A stretch of DNA of 64,000 nucleotides, taken from Chiloscyllium plagiosum. Lineage: Eukaryota. The stretch is taken from the NCBI RefSeq assembly GCF_004010195.1, contig NC_057718.1, forward strand, positions 81,025,666 to 81,089,665, read 5' to 3'. The translations under genes and the position numbers were made by a program. Below, one piece after another: positions 12,052-25,315 of the stretch. The notes beneath the pieces are model-generated. The model did no database searches. It saw only the letters and a list, made by a program, of their open reading frames with translations, and was not told the DNA's origin. Each line of letters starts with the position of its first letter. The stretch's first letter is position 1.

Positions 12052-14019
12052 TGAATATTATTCCAGGGGACTGAGGAGTTGATGTGTATTTATAACATGT
12101 GAATGATGTACCTGACACACCTGAAAAGTTCTGAACTAATAGCATAAGTTTATCCTGCCTTTGTGAAACTCAGTTGGGAGGGAGGCAAAAGAATGAGTTT
12201 TCCTTTCTGCTTTTCTAAAAGCAACAGGTCAGTCTGGAAAATTCTGCCCATTATCATTTGATTTCTGGTCCCATGCTTTAATCACAAGGCTCAGACCCCT
12301 TTATAATAAACAATAAAGAACACTTCTCAACTACATTTGGTGAATAGATGCAGTAGAAAATGGAAGCTGATGTTTAAAAGGTATAAGGGCATGTTAACAC
12401 AAAATGGTGTTTATTCTTTTGCCTGTTCATGCTTTGGTAAGAATTAATTTTCAGTTGCATTTATTAGTATGTCTTGATTTCAAAACATAGCTGGAGTTTT
12501 TTCCCCCAAGAGCTTATGAATAGGCAAACAACGAGAACAACTGTTTTCACTGCTGATGACTGGCTTTCATACAGTGTTTAAAAAATGATGTTTCTTAACT
12601 AAATGGCAGGATGGTAAAGATTGAATTTCTGCTTGGGATTTTAAAATCTTATTGACATGTATCTAATATTCTGTGTGTCAATAAAAGTCTCAAAAGTAAC
12701 TGATACTTGTGGTTATTGCATCTTTAAATTGCATATTACTGCTATTTACCCACTCAGAATTGAGATCATTGTTAATTTTTTTTTCCTCTTGGTTTCGATC
12801 CAAGGTGTAAACTGATAAATTATGCCTCAGTAATGATCAATATAATGGATTAATTGGTGGAACACCACTGATCTTCTATAACAGAAATAACAAAGTTGTT
12901 GAAATGATTATCACAGACTTGTTTTGAAAATTCTGAATTATTGTTATTTCTTTTTTCTAGTTTATATAAATAGTTTAGCAGTTGCATTAACTTAGGATAG
13001 ATTCTGGCATAATTTCACTTGTGCTTTGGTAATGCTTCGCTGGAAATGCAACGGTATTTATATGTTAGCTATAAATTCCCACAATTCAATAGTTTCACCA
13101 GGTTAGAAGCTGACAAACATAACGCAAGTATTCAAAGAAAAATGCAGAGACAACACCGCAAACTACATGCTGATAACAGTTGTTGGAAAAGTGTTGGAAT
13201 CGATTATTAAAGACTCATAACAATGCATTTGGAAAAGTATAGTATGATTAGTGTTGTATGTGTAGTGGAATCTGCTAATGATAAGGGTACACATCAAAGA
13301 CCAAACCTCCTTTGTATTCTTTTAAAGAAACCATAAAGAAACCCCCAGTGGGCACTGCAACAAAAACACAAATTTAACTGTCAATAGTGAGAGCTAATCA
13401 TGTCTTGGGTTCCTGTGAGCTTCATTGTCTCTATACCAGTGTTATAAATGTCCCATATTTTGGTGCTCTACAGTGATCCTTCCATGTCCATAGTCTGCTG
13501 TTTAGAAGGAGAGGGTTGGCTTTTTTATGCAAATTTAGATTGCTAATGTAATTTATTTCCTTTTGTGGGGTTTGTGAAGCCAGATATCTGCAGCTGTCAA
13601 TAGTTCATGTTGACATAGATTTCATGTTGTAGAACTTCAGTTTAGCTGTGGTCCATTAAAGGAACTTGGAAGATGGCACATAGCAGCACTTGGAAGGTCT
13701 TGGATATTCTTGTGTGGTGATGGCAATCCCCATTTCATCAAAGAAAAATGACCTTGTTCGTAATCTTTGGCATAAAAGCTATTTATTACATCCATGATGC
13801 AGAATAGAGAATATTTGATTTTCTAGTGTAATACGGATAATATGGTCCAATAACTAGGGTCATTAAAAATGAAGAAATGTAATTTTAATGCAAAATTTGA
13901 AAATGTGATTGGCTTCTGCGAAAATCATCATTCTGCCAAATTGCTTGGTCACACTTACTTGACTTACTTTCTTTTCCAATCAGCATACTTGAAAGAGAGA
14001 CCCCAGACATGTATTTATA

Positions 14020-14236
14020 TAGCATGTTTCACAATTTGAGCATGGGAAATATCCACAGATAGGACATTGATATTGATCAGTTTATCAATTTTAACAATAT
14101 TTGAGGGATCCATATTTGTCAGGATACTGGAGGGACCTCCACTGTTCACCTCAAAATAGTATACTGAGATTTTTCTTCGATGCTTGAGGGGGCACAAAAG
14201 AGCTTTGTTTATCATCTCATTCAAAAGATCGACACA
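14020..14236 (-). mobile_element. DeuSINE (SacSINE1/AmnSINE1-like) Deu-domain remnant
   Basis: Minus strand ..tcttttgaatgagatgataaac..ccctca..aaaatctcagtatactattttgag..tcctgacaaatatggatccctcaa.. resembles the Deu-domain consensus as I recall it. Needs Dfam confirmation. Confidence 0.65.
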
Positions 14237-14317
14237 GCCGATCTCTCTTGGGAATGCGTTCGGGGCATCAAAAAGTATTTTGTGCTTGTTTCTCTCAAGC
14301 CCTGAAATTATTTTTAC

Positions 14318-15733
14318 TGAAAAATGTCCATCCTACAGAAGAGGAACTGCTGGACACGTTAAAATGCTTAAAGATAGATAAGTCCTCAGAACCTGATCAG
14401 GTGTACCCGAGAACCCTACGGGAAGCTAAGCAAATGATTGCTGGGCGCCCGCTGAGATATTTGTATTGTCGATCATCACAGGTGAGGTGCTGGAAGTTTG
14501 GATGTTGGTTAACATGGTGCCATTATTTAAGAAAGGTGGTAAGGAAAAGCTGGGGATATATAGACTGGTGAGCATGACATCAGTGGTGGGCAAGTTGTTG
14601 GAGGGGTTCCTGAGGATAGTCAACGTGTGTGGGAATTTGTGTTTCACGAACTTGATTTTGTTTGAAGTAGTAACGAGCATTGATGAAGGCAGAGTGATGG
14701 GCATAATCTATTTGGACTTTGTTGTGGAAGAATCATTCAATTTTCTATATAAAAAAATTACCAGGAGATGCAGAAAGTCCTTCATGAAATTAAAACTTTA
14801 ATCTTGCAAAGTCAAAGCTGTGGCAGCCAGCAAAATGTCTACCCTGATGCCCACAATCTGTTTGTTTGTCCTTCTACAGTTTATACAGTTGTTGTTCCTG
14901 TGCTTATTGGATAACATTAGCATAACCAATCATGCTGCCTTGCTTTGTCTTTCTAAACTAATCATATTCTGCCACACTGGCTCCTGACATTACACATAAC
15001 CTATCACATTACAACACCATCATCTTCAGCATTAGCTCATCTACCTGTGATTTAACTAGCCTACCACAATGCACTACCATTGGAGCCCTGTAATATAATC
15101 CCAGACATGCATTGCAACATTAAGTCACCTACATAACTGCCAGAATAACTTCAGGAAAGCGTTCGAAAAGGTTCTGCACAGTGGACTGGTTAGCAAGTTT
15201 AGATCACATGGAATACAAGGAAAGCGAGCTATTTGGATACAGAACTGGCTCGTAGGTAGGAGAAAGGGTGTTGGTGGAGGGTTGTTTTTAAGACTGCAGG
15301 CCTGTGACCAGCAGTATGCCACAATGATTGGTTCTGGGTCCACTGCTTTTTGTCATTTATATAAATGATTTGGGTGTGAACATCGGAGGTATAGTTAGTA
15401 AGTTTGACACCAAAACTGGTGGTGTAGAGGACAGCCAAGATGATTATCTCACTGTACAATGGGACTATGATCAGATGGCTGCTGAACCAAGGAGTGGTAG
15501 ATGGAGTTTGATTTAGATAAATGTGAGGTGCTGTGTTTTGGGGAGGCAAATCCGGGTAGGACTTCTATACTTAATGGTAAGGTCCTGGGAAGTGTTGCTG
15601 AACAAAGAGACCTGAGAGTGGAGGTTCATTGTCCCTTGAAAGTATAGTTGCAGGTAGACAGGGTAGTGAAAACAGCATTTGGTATACTTGCCTTTATTGG
15701 TCAGTGCATTGAGTATAGGAATTGGGAGGTTCT
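14318..15733 (+). mobile_element. Older CR1 ORF2 fragment that continues at 20358-20890 after a nested CR1
   Basis: RT remnants ([42 protein letters not shown]). The ending ..gggaggt joins ..atgttgcggctg at 20358. Confidence 0.8.
14720..15147. mobile_element. Probable 428-bp solo LTR inserted in CR1
   Basis: Starts TG and ends TA (possibly decayed CA). 4-bp TSD ACTT at 14716-14719 and 15148-15151 interrupts the CR1 YLDF.KAF motif. Confidence 0.6.
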
Positions 15734-16329
15734 GGGTAATCCAAGATGGAGGACAGGAAAAATTTCTGGCTGTAACAGTCTGCTTTTTTTTTTGAGGTAT
15801 TTTGGGTGTTGGAGGTGATTTCCTCAAATTTCAGGAGCAGCAATTACTGTTTTATATGTTCTTGCATTGTTTTGGAACTTTGGAGAAAAAAAGTCAAAAC
15901 TACAGCAGTTCTAAAAGGGAGAGGAACAGACCAAGGAAGCACATGGTGAGGTGAGAGAGAGAGAGAGAGAAACTGACACCGCAGTGAACCTGCACATTTA
16001 CTGCCTTTGCTGTTTGAATTCATGTATTGTTGGACATTAGAGTGTGTCTGGGAAAATTAACAAACAGTGAAATTCACAACTAATCTTGGAGGAACCTGAT
16101 TGGGAGGGGTCACAGCATAGAAGCAGATAAGTGGATATTTAAGCGTGGCCTTACAGTAAATCTGCAGTAGTGAGTAGAGTGGTTTATTTCTTGATTATCT
16201 GTTTTATTGAGATATGTGTCTTTATTAAATTTAAAATATAAGCCATAACTATTAATTTAACCTGGAGCAGTGTTTTGTAGAGGAATAAGAGTGCTATTTT
16301 CTGGGTCTCTCGATTGTGAAGGAGCAAAA

Positions 16330-17242
16330 ATGGCCTTTTGTAGAATGATATGCTGCTCTTGTTGGATGTGGGAGTTTGGGGAGAGTTTACAGGTTACTGC
16401 GGATTATATCTGCAACAAATGCCATTGGTTGCAAATCCTATCAGATCGAATGGATCAGTTGGAGAGACCGTTAGAGGCAGTGAGGAATTTACAAGGGCAA
16501 GGGAATGTGATGGATGGCATATTGGAAGGGGGAAAAGTCGCAGATACAGTCACATAGATGACCTAACTCCAGGAAAGGTAAGAGAGGTAGGCAGTTAGTG
16601 CAGGAGTCTCCTGTGGCTATTCCCATTTCAAACAAGTATGCTGTTTTGGAAAATGTGATGGATTCTTAGGGGAATATAGCATGAACAGCCAAGCTTCTGG
16701 TATTGATCCTGGCTGTAATGCAATGAGGGGTATGTTGAGTTATGAGAGATCAGTTGTTAGTCTGAGGTACAGACAGACATTTCTGTGGCCAGCAGCGAAA
16801 AATCAGAATGGTGTGTTGCTTCCCTTGTGCCAGGATCAAGGATGCCTCAGTGAGGGTGCAGAATGTTCTTATGGGGGCGAGGGGCCAGCAAGAGGTCATT
16901 GTCCACATTGGAAATGACGACATAAGAAAGGAAAACGTTGAGATTTTGAAGGGAGATTACAAAGATTTAGGCAGGCATTTAAAAAGGAGGTCCTCGAGAG
17001 TAGTAATATCAGGGTTACTCCCGATGCTATGAGCTAGTGAGGGTAAGAATAGGAGGATAGGGCAGATGAATGCATGGCTGGGGAGCTGATGTGTGGGAGA
17101 AGGATTCACATTTTTCGATCATTAGAATCTCTTTTGGGGTAGAAGTGACCTGTGCAAGAAGGACGGATTGCACCTAAATTGGAAGGGGACTAATATACTA
17201 GCAGGGAGATTTGCTAGAGCTGCTCGGGAGGATTTAAACTAG
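16330..17242 (+). pseudogene. CR1 ORF1 (Cys-rich motif plus SGNH-like esterase domain), disrupted
   Basis: MAFCRMICCSCWMWE..DYICNKCHWL; VCCFPCARIKD..VIVHIGNDDI; KDGLHLN. These are motifs of the CR1 ORF1 esterase. Confidence 0.85.
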
Positions 17243-17842
17243 TAAGGCGGGGGGGGGGGGGGGTGGGACCCAGGGAGATAGCGAGGAAAAAGAGATCAAT
17301 CGGAGACCGGTACAGTTGAGAACAGAAGCAAGTCAAACAGTCAGGGATAAACCAGAGGACAAGGTAGGACTGATTAATTAAACTGCATTTGTTTCAATGC
17401 AAGGGGCTGAACAGGGAAGACGGATGAACTCAGGGCATGGTTAGGAACATGGGACTGGGATATCATAGCAATTACTGAAACATGGCTCAGGGATGGACAG
17501 GACTGGCAGCTTAATGTTCCAGGATACAAATGCTACAGGAAGGAAAAGAAAGGGAGGCAAGAGAGGAGGGGGAGTGGCGTTTTTGGTAAGGGATAGCATT
17601 ACAGTTGAACTGAGGGAGGATATTCCCGGAAATACATCCAGGGACGTTATTTTTGTTGAACTGAGAAATAAGAAAGGGATGATCATCTTATTGGCATTGT
17701 ATTATAGACCCCCTAATAGTCAGAGGGAAATTGAGAAACAAATTTGTGAGGAGATCTCAGTTATCTGTCAGAATAATAGGGTGGTTATGGTAGGGGATTT
17801 TAACTTTCCAAACATAGACTAGGACTGCCAAGTGTTAAGGGT

Positions 17843-17968
17843 TCCTGATGAAGGGCTTTTGCCCGAAACGTCGATTTCGAAGCTCCTTGGATGCTGCCTG
17901 AACTGCTGTGCTCTTCCAGCACCACTAATCCAGAATCTTGTTTCCCGCATCTGCAGTCATTGTTTTTA
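17843..17968 (+). mobile_element. 126-bp hammerhead-headed PLE terminal fragment inserted in the CR1 endonuclease region
   Basis: Imperfect TSD cca(t)agt(g/a)ttaagggt at 17828-17842 and 17969-17984. Matches the 3' end of the PLE at 31782-31910. Confidence 0.85.
17845..17872 (+). ncRNA. Minimal type-I hammerhead ribozyme motif, intact core
   Basis: CTGATGA-a-gggc-tttt-gccc-GAAA-c-GTC, with a palindromic, loopless helix III (acgt). Confidence 0.75.
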
Positions 17969-20357
17969 CCATAGTATTAAGGGTGTAGATGGAGAGGAAT
18001 TTGAGTGTGTACAGGAAAGTTTTCTGATTCAGTATGTGGATGTACCTATTAGAGAAGGTGCAAGACTTGACCTACTCTTGGGATATAAGGCAGGGCAGGT
18101 GACTGAGGTGTCAGTGGGGGAGCACTTTGGGGCTACTGACCATAATTCTATTAGATTTAAGATATTGATGGAAAAGGATAGACCAGATTGAAAAGTTGAA
18201 GTTCTGATTTGGAGAAAGACCAATTTTGACAGTGTTAGGCAAGGACTTTCAAAAGCTGATTGGGGGGCAAATGTTAGCAGGTAAAGGAACGGCTGGAAAA
18301 TGGGAAGTCTTCAGAAATGAGATAACAAGAATCCAGAGAAAATATATTCCTGTCAGGGTGAAAGAGCAGGCTGGTAGTTATAGGGAATGCTGGATGACTA
18401 AAGAAATTGAGGGTCTGTTAAGAAAAAGAAGGAAGCATATGTCAGGTATAGACAGGATAGATCGAGTGACTCCTTAGAAGAGAATAAAAGCAGTAGGAGT
18501 ATACTTGAGAGAAATCAGGAGGGTAAAAAGGGGACATGAGATAACTTTGGCAAATAGAGTTAAGGAGAATCCAAAGGGTTTTTACAAATATATTAAGGAC
18601 AAAAGCTAGGGAGAGAATAGGGCCCCTCAAAGATCAGCAAGGCAGTCTTTGTGTGGAGCCGCAGGAGATGGGGGTGATACTAAGCAAGTATTTTGCAATG
18701 GTATTTACTGTAGAAAAGAGCATGCAAGATATTGAATGCAGAGAAATAGATGGTGACATCTTGAAAAATGTCCATATTACAGAGGAGAAGGTGCTGGATG
18801 TCTTGAAATGCACAAAATTGGATAAATCCGCAGGACCTGATCAGGTTAACCCTAAAACTCTGGGAAGCTAGGGAAGTGATTGCTGGGCCTCTTGCTGAGA
18901 TATTTGTATCATCGATTAATCACCGGTGAGGTGCTGGAAGAGCAGAGGTGGGCTAATGTGGTGCCACTGTTTAAGAAAAGTGGTAAGGACAAGCCGGGAA
19001 CTATAGACCATTGAGCCTGACGTCTGTGGTGGGCAAGTTGTTGGAGGGAATCCTGAGGGACAGGATGTACAAGTATTTGGAAAGGGAGGGGTTGATTAGG
19101 GATAGTCAACATGGCTTTGTGCATGGGAAATCATGTCTCATAAACTTGATTGAGTTTTTTGAAGAACTAACAGTGAGGATTGATGAGGGCAGAGCGGTAG
19201 AGGTGATCTCTATGGACCTCAGTAAGGCATTTGACTAGGTTCCCCATGGGAGACTGGTTAGCAAGGTTAGATCTCACAGAATACAGGGAGAACAAGCCAT
19301 TTTGGATGCAGAACAGGCTCAAAGGTAGAAGACAGAGGGTGGTGGTGGACAGTTGTTTTTCAGACTGGAGGCCTGTGACCAGTGGAGTGCCACAAAGATC
19401 GGTGCTGGGTCAACTACTTTTCATCATTTATGTAAATGATTTGGATATGAGCATAAGAGGTATAGTTAGTAAGTTTGCAGATGACACCAAAATTGGAGGT
19501 GTAGTGGATAGCGAAGAAGGTTACCTCAGATTATAATGGGATCTTGATCAGGTGGGCCAATGGGTTGAGAAGTGGCAGAGATGGAATTTAATTCAAATAA
19601 ATGTGAGGTGCTGCATTTTGGGAAAGCAAATCTTAGCAGGACTTATACACTTAATGGTAAGGTCCTAGGGAGTGTTGCTGAACAAAGAGACCTTGGAGTG
19701 CAGGTTCATAGCTCTTTGAAAGTGGAGTCACAGGTAGATAGCAAAATGAAGAAGGCGTTTGGTATGCTTTCTTTTATTGGTCAGAGTACTGAGTACAGGA
19801 GTTAGGTCATGTTGCGGCTGTACAGGACATTGGTTAGGCCACTGTTGGAATGTTGTGTGCAATTCTGGTCTGCTTCCTATTTGAAAGGGTTCAGAAAAGA
19901 TTTACAAGGATGTTGCCAGTTTGGAGGATTTGTGCTATAGGGAGAGGCTGAACAAACTGGGGCTGTTTTATTTGGAGCATTGGAGGCTGAGGGGTGACCT
20001 TATAGAGGTTTGCAAAATCATGAGGGGCGTGGATAGGATAAATAGACCAAGTCTTTTCCCTGGGATGGTGGTGTCCAGAACTATAGGGCATAAGTTTCTG
20101 GTGAGATGGGAAAGATATAAAAGAGACCTAAGGGGCAATTTTTTCAGTGTGTCTGGAATGAGCTGCCAGAGGATATTGTGGAGGTTAGTACAATTGCAAC
20201 ATTTAACAGGCATCTGGATGGTTATATGAATCGGGAGGGTTTGGAGGGATATAGGCTGGGTGCTGGCAGGTGGGACTAGATGGGGTTGGGATATCTGGTT
20301 GGCATTGGCAGGTTGGACCAAAGGGTCTGCTTGCATGCTGTACATCTCTATGACTCT

Positions 20358-20890
20358 ATGTTGCGGCTGCACCAAACATTGGTTGGGCCATGTTTGGAAT
20401 ATCATGTTCAATTCTGGTCTCCATGCAATTGGATGTGAAACTTGAAAGGGTTCAGTAAAGATTTATAAAGATATTGCCAAGGTTGGAGTTTTTGTGTTAT
20501 AGGGAGAGGCTGAATAGGTTGGGGCTATTTTTCGTAGAGCGTCAAAGGCTGACCTTATAGCAGTTTATAAAATCACGAGAGGCATGGATAAAGTAAATTG
20601 ACAAGGTGAGAGAGTTCAAAATTAGAGGGTATGAGAGGGGAAAGATTTAAAAGGAACCTGAGAGGCAACTTTTTCACTCGGAGGGTGGAGTGAACTGCCG
20701 GACGAAGTAGTGGAGGCTGGAACAGTTACAACATTTAAAAGGCATCTGCATAGCTATATGAATACAAAGCGTTTAGAGGGACATTGGCTAAATGCTGGCA
20801 AACAGGACTAGTTTAAATGAGGCTATCTACTCGGCATGTGAGATTTGGACCAAGGGCATGTTTTTGTGCTCTACCACTCTGATTCTATGA
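20358..20890 (+). mobile_element. 3' half of the older CR1 that begins at 14318
   Basis: Degenerate ORF2 C-terminus and 3' UTR ending in ctgattctatga. Confidence 0.75.
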
Positions 20891-22349
20891 AATATCAACT
20901 TTAAGTAATAGTAGGTCTTAGAAAATTACTTTGGTGGACACACATCCTGATGGTTACTGCTCTGTGAATCAGTGTTTTTCTAAATTGCATGAGAAAGTGA
21001 ATAAAGTCAATTTTATTATCCGACCTATCAAGTAATGCAGTTAAAAAAGAAAATCCTTGATGGCCATGCTGACAGCTGTTGGCTTTATAATTAAAGGTTT
21101 TATTATTTCTATAAAGCTCTGAAAATGCAAATAAAAGTTTATTATGTATTGAGGGATATGTTCAAGGCCACAGCAATCTGAGACATCATTCTCTGTATGA
21201 CACTGAATTTTTATTTTGCACAGTCAATCAAACTAAAAGTGGATGGAACTAAGTTGTCAGTCTGATAACTGAGTATGAGTTGCTGTAAAGGAGTAGAATG
21301 CTCTTTGATCACATGACTTTTAAATTGAGGAAACAACTCCTCTGGATGCAACATCAAATATCTTAACATATCTGTATGACACTTGCACATTTAATTTGTG
21401 CAAGATGTTGCTTTTATGTATTGACTGACCATCAATTTTAAGATGATCATATGATTGAAAGTTTTTTAAACTGGCAAAACATAAATAGTCAGTTCTTCAC
21501 TATTATTATGATACATGGAACTATTTTTCCTTTTGATTTACTTAGCCTGGATGTGTTGACCTATATATTTTTTTTTACTGTATTACTGTATCAGATTTTC
21601 AGTATGGTGACATTAAAATGATCAAGCATTTCACACTGGCTGAAATGGAACTAAAGTGCGTCCTTTGATTAATATGTCACATGAGCATTAACAATTGATG
21701 GAATAATTTTATGTTGCGTTGGAGTGTAATCTGTTACGTCTTGTATAGCAATATAGAAAATTGACATTACTTATGGCCAAGTAATTTTATTCATCTAAAG
21801 TTTAAAAGACATTTGGAAGGACTGGACTAAACTTGAAAAGACATTTGGATGGATACATGAATAGTGAAGGTTTGGAGAGATTTGAGCCAGGAGCAGGCAG
21901 GTGGGACTAGTTTAGTTTGGGATTGTGTTCAGCATGGGTTGGTTGGACCGAAGGTCTGCTTCTGTCCTGTATGGCTATGTATTTTACATCTGTCACTCTG
22001 TAATCTATGAATGACAAAGTTGAATTTTTTTGAGGAAACTTTAGAACTTAGTTTTTCACATTACCAGAATGAATAGATGGTTTGAAAATAACTTAGTCTG
22101 TTTTGCTTTCAGATTTTTTTCTTTTCTTCACATGTGATGGAAGAGTTTGCTTCAAATTATAAATAAATTATACAATTGCATAAAAAGACAAAGTAATAAA
22201 TTGGAAAAAAACCTAATTTTATGGGGATGATATCAGGAAAATAATCATGAAAAATCTTGTCAAAGAAATAGAATACTTCTGTCATAATTTCATGTTTTCC
22301 CTGAGTACAGGAACAGTGTATCTCATTAAAACTCTTAAGAAAAAAAAAA

Positions 22350-23228
22350 CAATCACCATGGGAAAAGAATGGACTTATAAGGGAGAGTGAGCATGGCTTT
22401 ATGCTGGGGAGGTCCTCACTCTCAAAACTTTGAGTGATTTCTTTGAGGAAGTGAAAACGTTGATTGAGAGTACAGCATTGGATGTGGTCAACGTGGACTT
22501 TATGAAAGCATTTAACAAGGTTCCTCATGATGGGCTGGTCCAGAAGATCAAGTCATATGGGATCCACGATGAGTTGGTTTGTTCGATACAAAATTGACTT
22601 GGCTATAGAAGACAGAGTTTAGTTTTGGAAGGGTGATATTCTGACGAGAGTTTTGTGACCAGCGGTGTTCTGCATGGATCAATGCTGGGACCTGATTTAG
22701 ATGAAAATGCAGGAGGTCCAGTTAGGAAGTTTGCAAATGACATGATAATTGGTGGAATAGTGAGGAAGATTGTTAAAGGATACAGCAGGATATGGATCAG
22801 TTGGAAAGTCAGGCGGAGAAACAGCAGACGGAGTTTAACAAGAATGAAGTGCTGCATCTTGGGAGTTCATATGCAGGAGGCAAATATACTGTAAATAGCA
22901 GGACCATGTGGAGCATTGACATGCAGAGTGAACTTGGGGTGCAAGTCCATTGCTCTCTGAAAGTGGGAACGCATGTGGACAGGGTGCAAGTCATGGAGCT
23001 ATCTAAGACTTTAATTAGGCCTTTGGACTTTAATTAGGCCTTTGTGTGTAGCTCTGGTTGCCACACGGTAGGAAAGATGTGGACAACTTGGAAAGAGTGC
23101 AAATGAGGTTTGCCAGTAGGTGTTGGATTGGAGTATTTTACTTATCAAGAAAGGTTAGACAAAAATGGATTGTTTGTTGAAAAGTGTCAGAAGCTGAGGG
23201 TTGACTTGATATAAGTATCTAAAATTGA
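22350..23228 (+). mobile_element. Old CR1 RT fragment
   Basis: VDFMKAFNKVPH; TSGVLHGSMLGP; KFAND; EFNKNEVLHLG. Confidence 0.75.
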
Positions 23229-23420
23229 GAAAGTTAAAAATCAAACAACAGCAGGTTATAGACCAAAAGGTTTATTTAGAAACACTAACTTTCAGAACAC
23301 TATCCCTTCATCGGGTATCTGTGGAGAAGGATCATAAGACATGTATTTATAGCAAAAGATTACAGTGCCATGCAGCTGAAATGATATGTTGAACAACCCT
23401 AGATTGTGGTTGAATCTTTC

Positions 23421-24802
23421 GTAGAGTCATAGAGATGTATAGCACGGAAATAGGCCCTTCGGTTCAACCCAGCCATGCTGACCAGATATCCCAACCCAAT
23501 CTAGTCCCACCTGCTAGCACCTGGCCCATCTCACTCCAAACCCTTCCTATTCATGTACCCATCCAAATCCCTTTTAAATGTTTCAATTGTGCTAGCTTCC
23601 ACCACTTCCTCTGGCAGCTCATTCCTTACATCATCTTGAAAATGTTGCCCCTTAGGTATCTTTCACATCTTTCCCCTCTCACCCTAAACCTATGTCCTCA
23701 AGTTCTGGGCTCCCCATCCCAGGGAAAAGACTTGGTCTATTTATCCTATCCATGCCCCTCATGATTTTGTAAACCTCTATAAGGTCACCCCTCAGCTTTC
23801 GACGTTCCAGAGAAAACAGCCCCAGCCTGTTCAGCCTCTCCCTATAGCTCAGATTCTCAAGCCCTGGCAACATCCTTGTAAATCTTTTCTGAACCCTTTC
23901 AAGTTTCACAACATCTTTCCGATAGGAAGGAGACCAGAATTGCACGCATTATTCCAACAGTGGCCTAACCAATGTCCTGTACAGCCGCAACATGACCTCC
24001 CAACTCCTGTAATCAATGCTCTCGCCAATAAAGGAAAGCATACCAGGCATCACCGTCACTGTCCTAGCTACCTGCGACTCCACTTTCAAGAAGCTAGAGA
24101 CCTGTGCTCCAAGGTCTATTTGTTTAGCAACACTCCCCAGGGTCTTACTATTAAGTATATAAGTCCTGCTAAGATTGCTTTCCCAAAATGTAGCATCTCA
24201 CATTTATCTGAATTAAACTCCATCTGCCACTTCTCAGCCCATTGGCCCATCTGATCAAGATCCTGTTGCAATCTGAGGTAACCTTCTTCACTCTCCACTA
24301 CACCTCCAATTTTGGTGTCATCTGCAAACTTATGTCATCTGCAAACTTACTAACTATACCTCTTATGCTCACATCCAAATCATTTACATAAATGACGGGA
24401 AGTAGTTGACCCAGCACCGATCCTTGTGGCACTCCACAGGTCACAGGCCTTCAGTCTGCAAAACAGCCCTCCACCACCACCCTCTGTCTTCTACCTTTGA
24501 GCCAGTTGTGTATCAAAATGGGTAGTTCTTCCTGTATTCTGTGAGATCTAACCTTGCTAACCAGTCTCCCATGGGGAACCTTGTCGAACACCTTACTGAA
24601 GTCCATATAGATTACATCTACCGCTCTGCCCTCATCAGTCCTTTTTTGTTACTTTTTCAAATAACTCAATCAGGTTTGTGAGACATGATTTCCCATGCAC
24701 AATGCCATGCTGATGATCCCTAATCAGTCTTTGCCTTTCCAAATACATGTACATGTACATCCTGTCCCTCAGGATTCCCTCCAACAACTTGCCCACCAGT
24801 GA
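23421..24802 (-). mobile_element. 5'-truncated CR1 nested in the PLE
   Basis: QFWSPSYRKDVVKLERVQKRFTRMLPGL; QWAEKWQMEFNSDKC. The 3' tail lies at 23421. Confidence 0.9.
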
Positions 24803-25125
24803 CATTTCATCTTTTTGAATGGGTTGCAGGTCTTAGTTTATTAATATGTAAATCCTAGAACTACTTTTAAGTCACATTCTCGAGATAACTTAAGGTTTTT
24901 ATATTAAAGAAGTGACATCTCAGCTCAGACAATGCTTAAAGGTATGAGGTTAAGAGAATATCTGTATCCCAATCTTGAGTCAAACTGGTTCTATTTCCAA
25001 AGTAGGAATTTATAAAATGTTACATGGATTACTGGCTGCATTGACTGCCTACAGGTTGTGTTTTTTTGAGCAAAATAGAATGTATCTGCAAATATAATTC
25101 TGCAACTGCAAATTCACCACATAGA

Positions 25126-25315
25126 CGTGTGTGTGTGTTTGCGCGTGTGAGACAATATTTGCATGTGCGCGTGCTTAGTAAAGTGTGTGAGAAAGTGTGA
25201 TGGAGCATAAGCCTGTGAAAGTGTGAATGCATGAGTGTGTGTGTGTGAGGGTGTGTGTGTGTGTGTATTTATGAGAGAGAGCATGTGTTTGAGAGACGGT
25301 CTGCGTGAGTGTGAG
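25126..25315 (+). repeat. Degenerate (GT)n/(GA)n tract in the PLE 3' UTR
   Basis: Multiple gtgtgt runs. Confidence 0.8.

Larger units (their letters stand above)
17380..20230 (+). pseudogene. CR1 ORF2 (APE endonuclease plus reverse transcriptase), disrupted
   Basis: FNARGL, IAITETW, GGGVA, YYRPP, GDFN, LDLLL, TDH (endonuclease); QHGF, KAFD, GVPQ.S.LG, FADD (RT). Confidence 0.92.
15735..20357 (+). mobile_element. Near full-length but decayed CR1/HER1-type LINE
   Basis: 5' UTR, ORF1, APE endonuclease, RT, 3' UTR and (tctatgac)n tail occur in order, with multiple stops and frameshifts. Confidence 0.93.
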
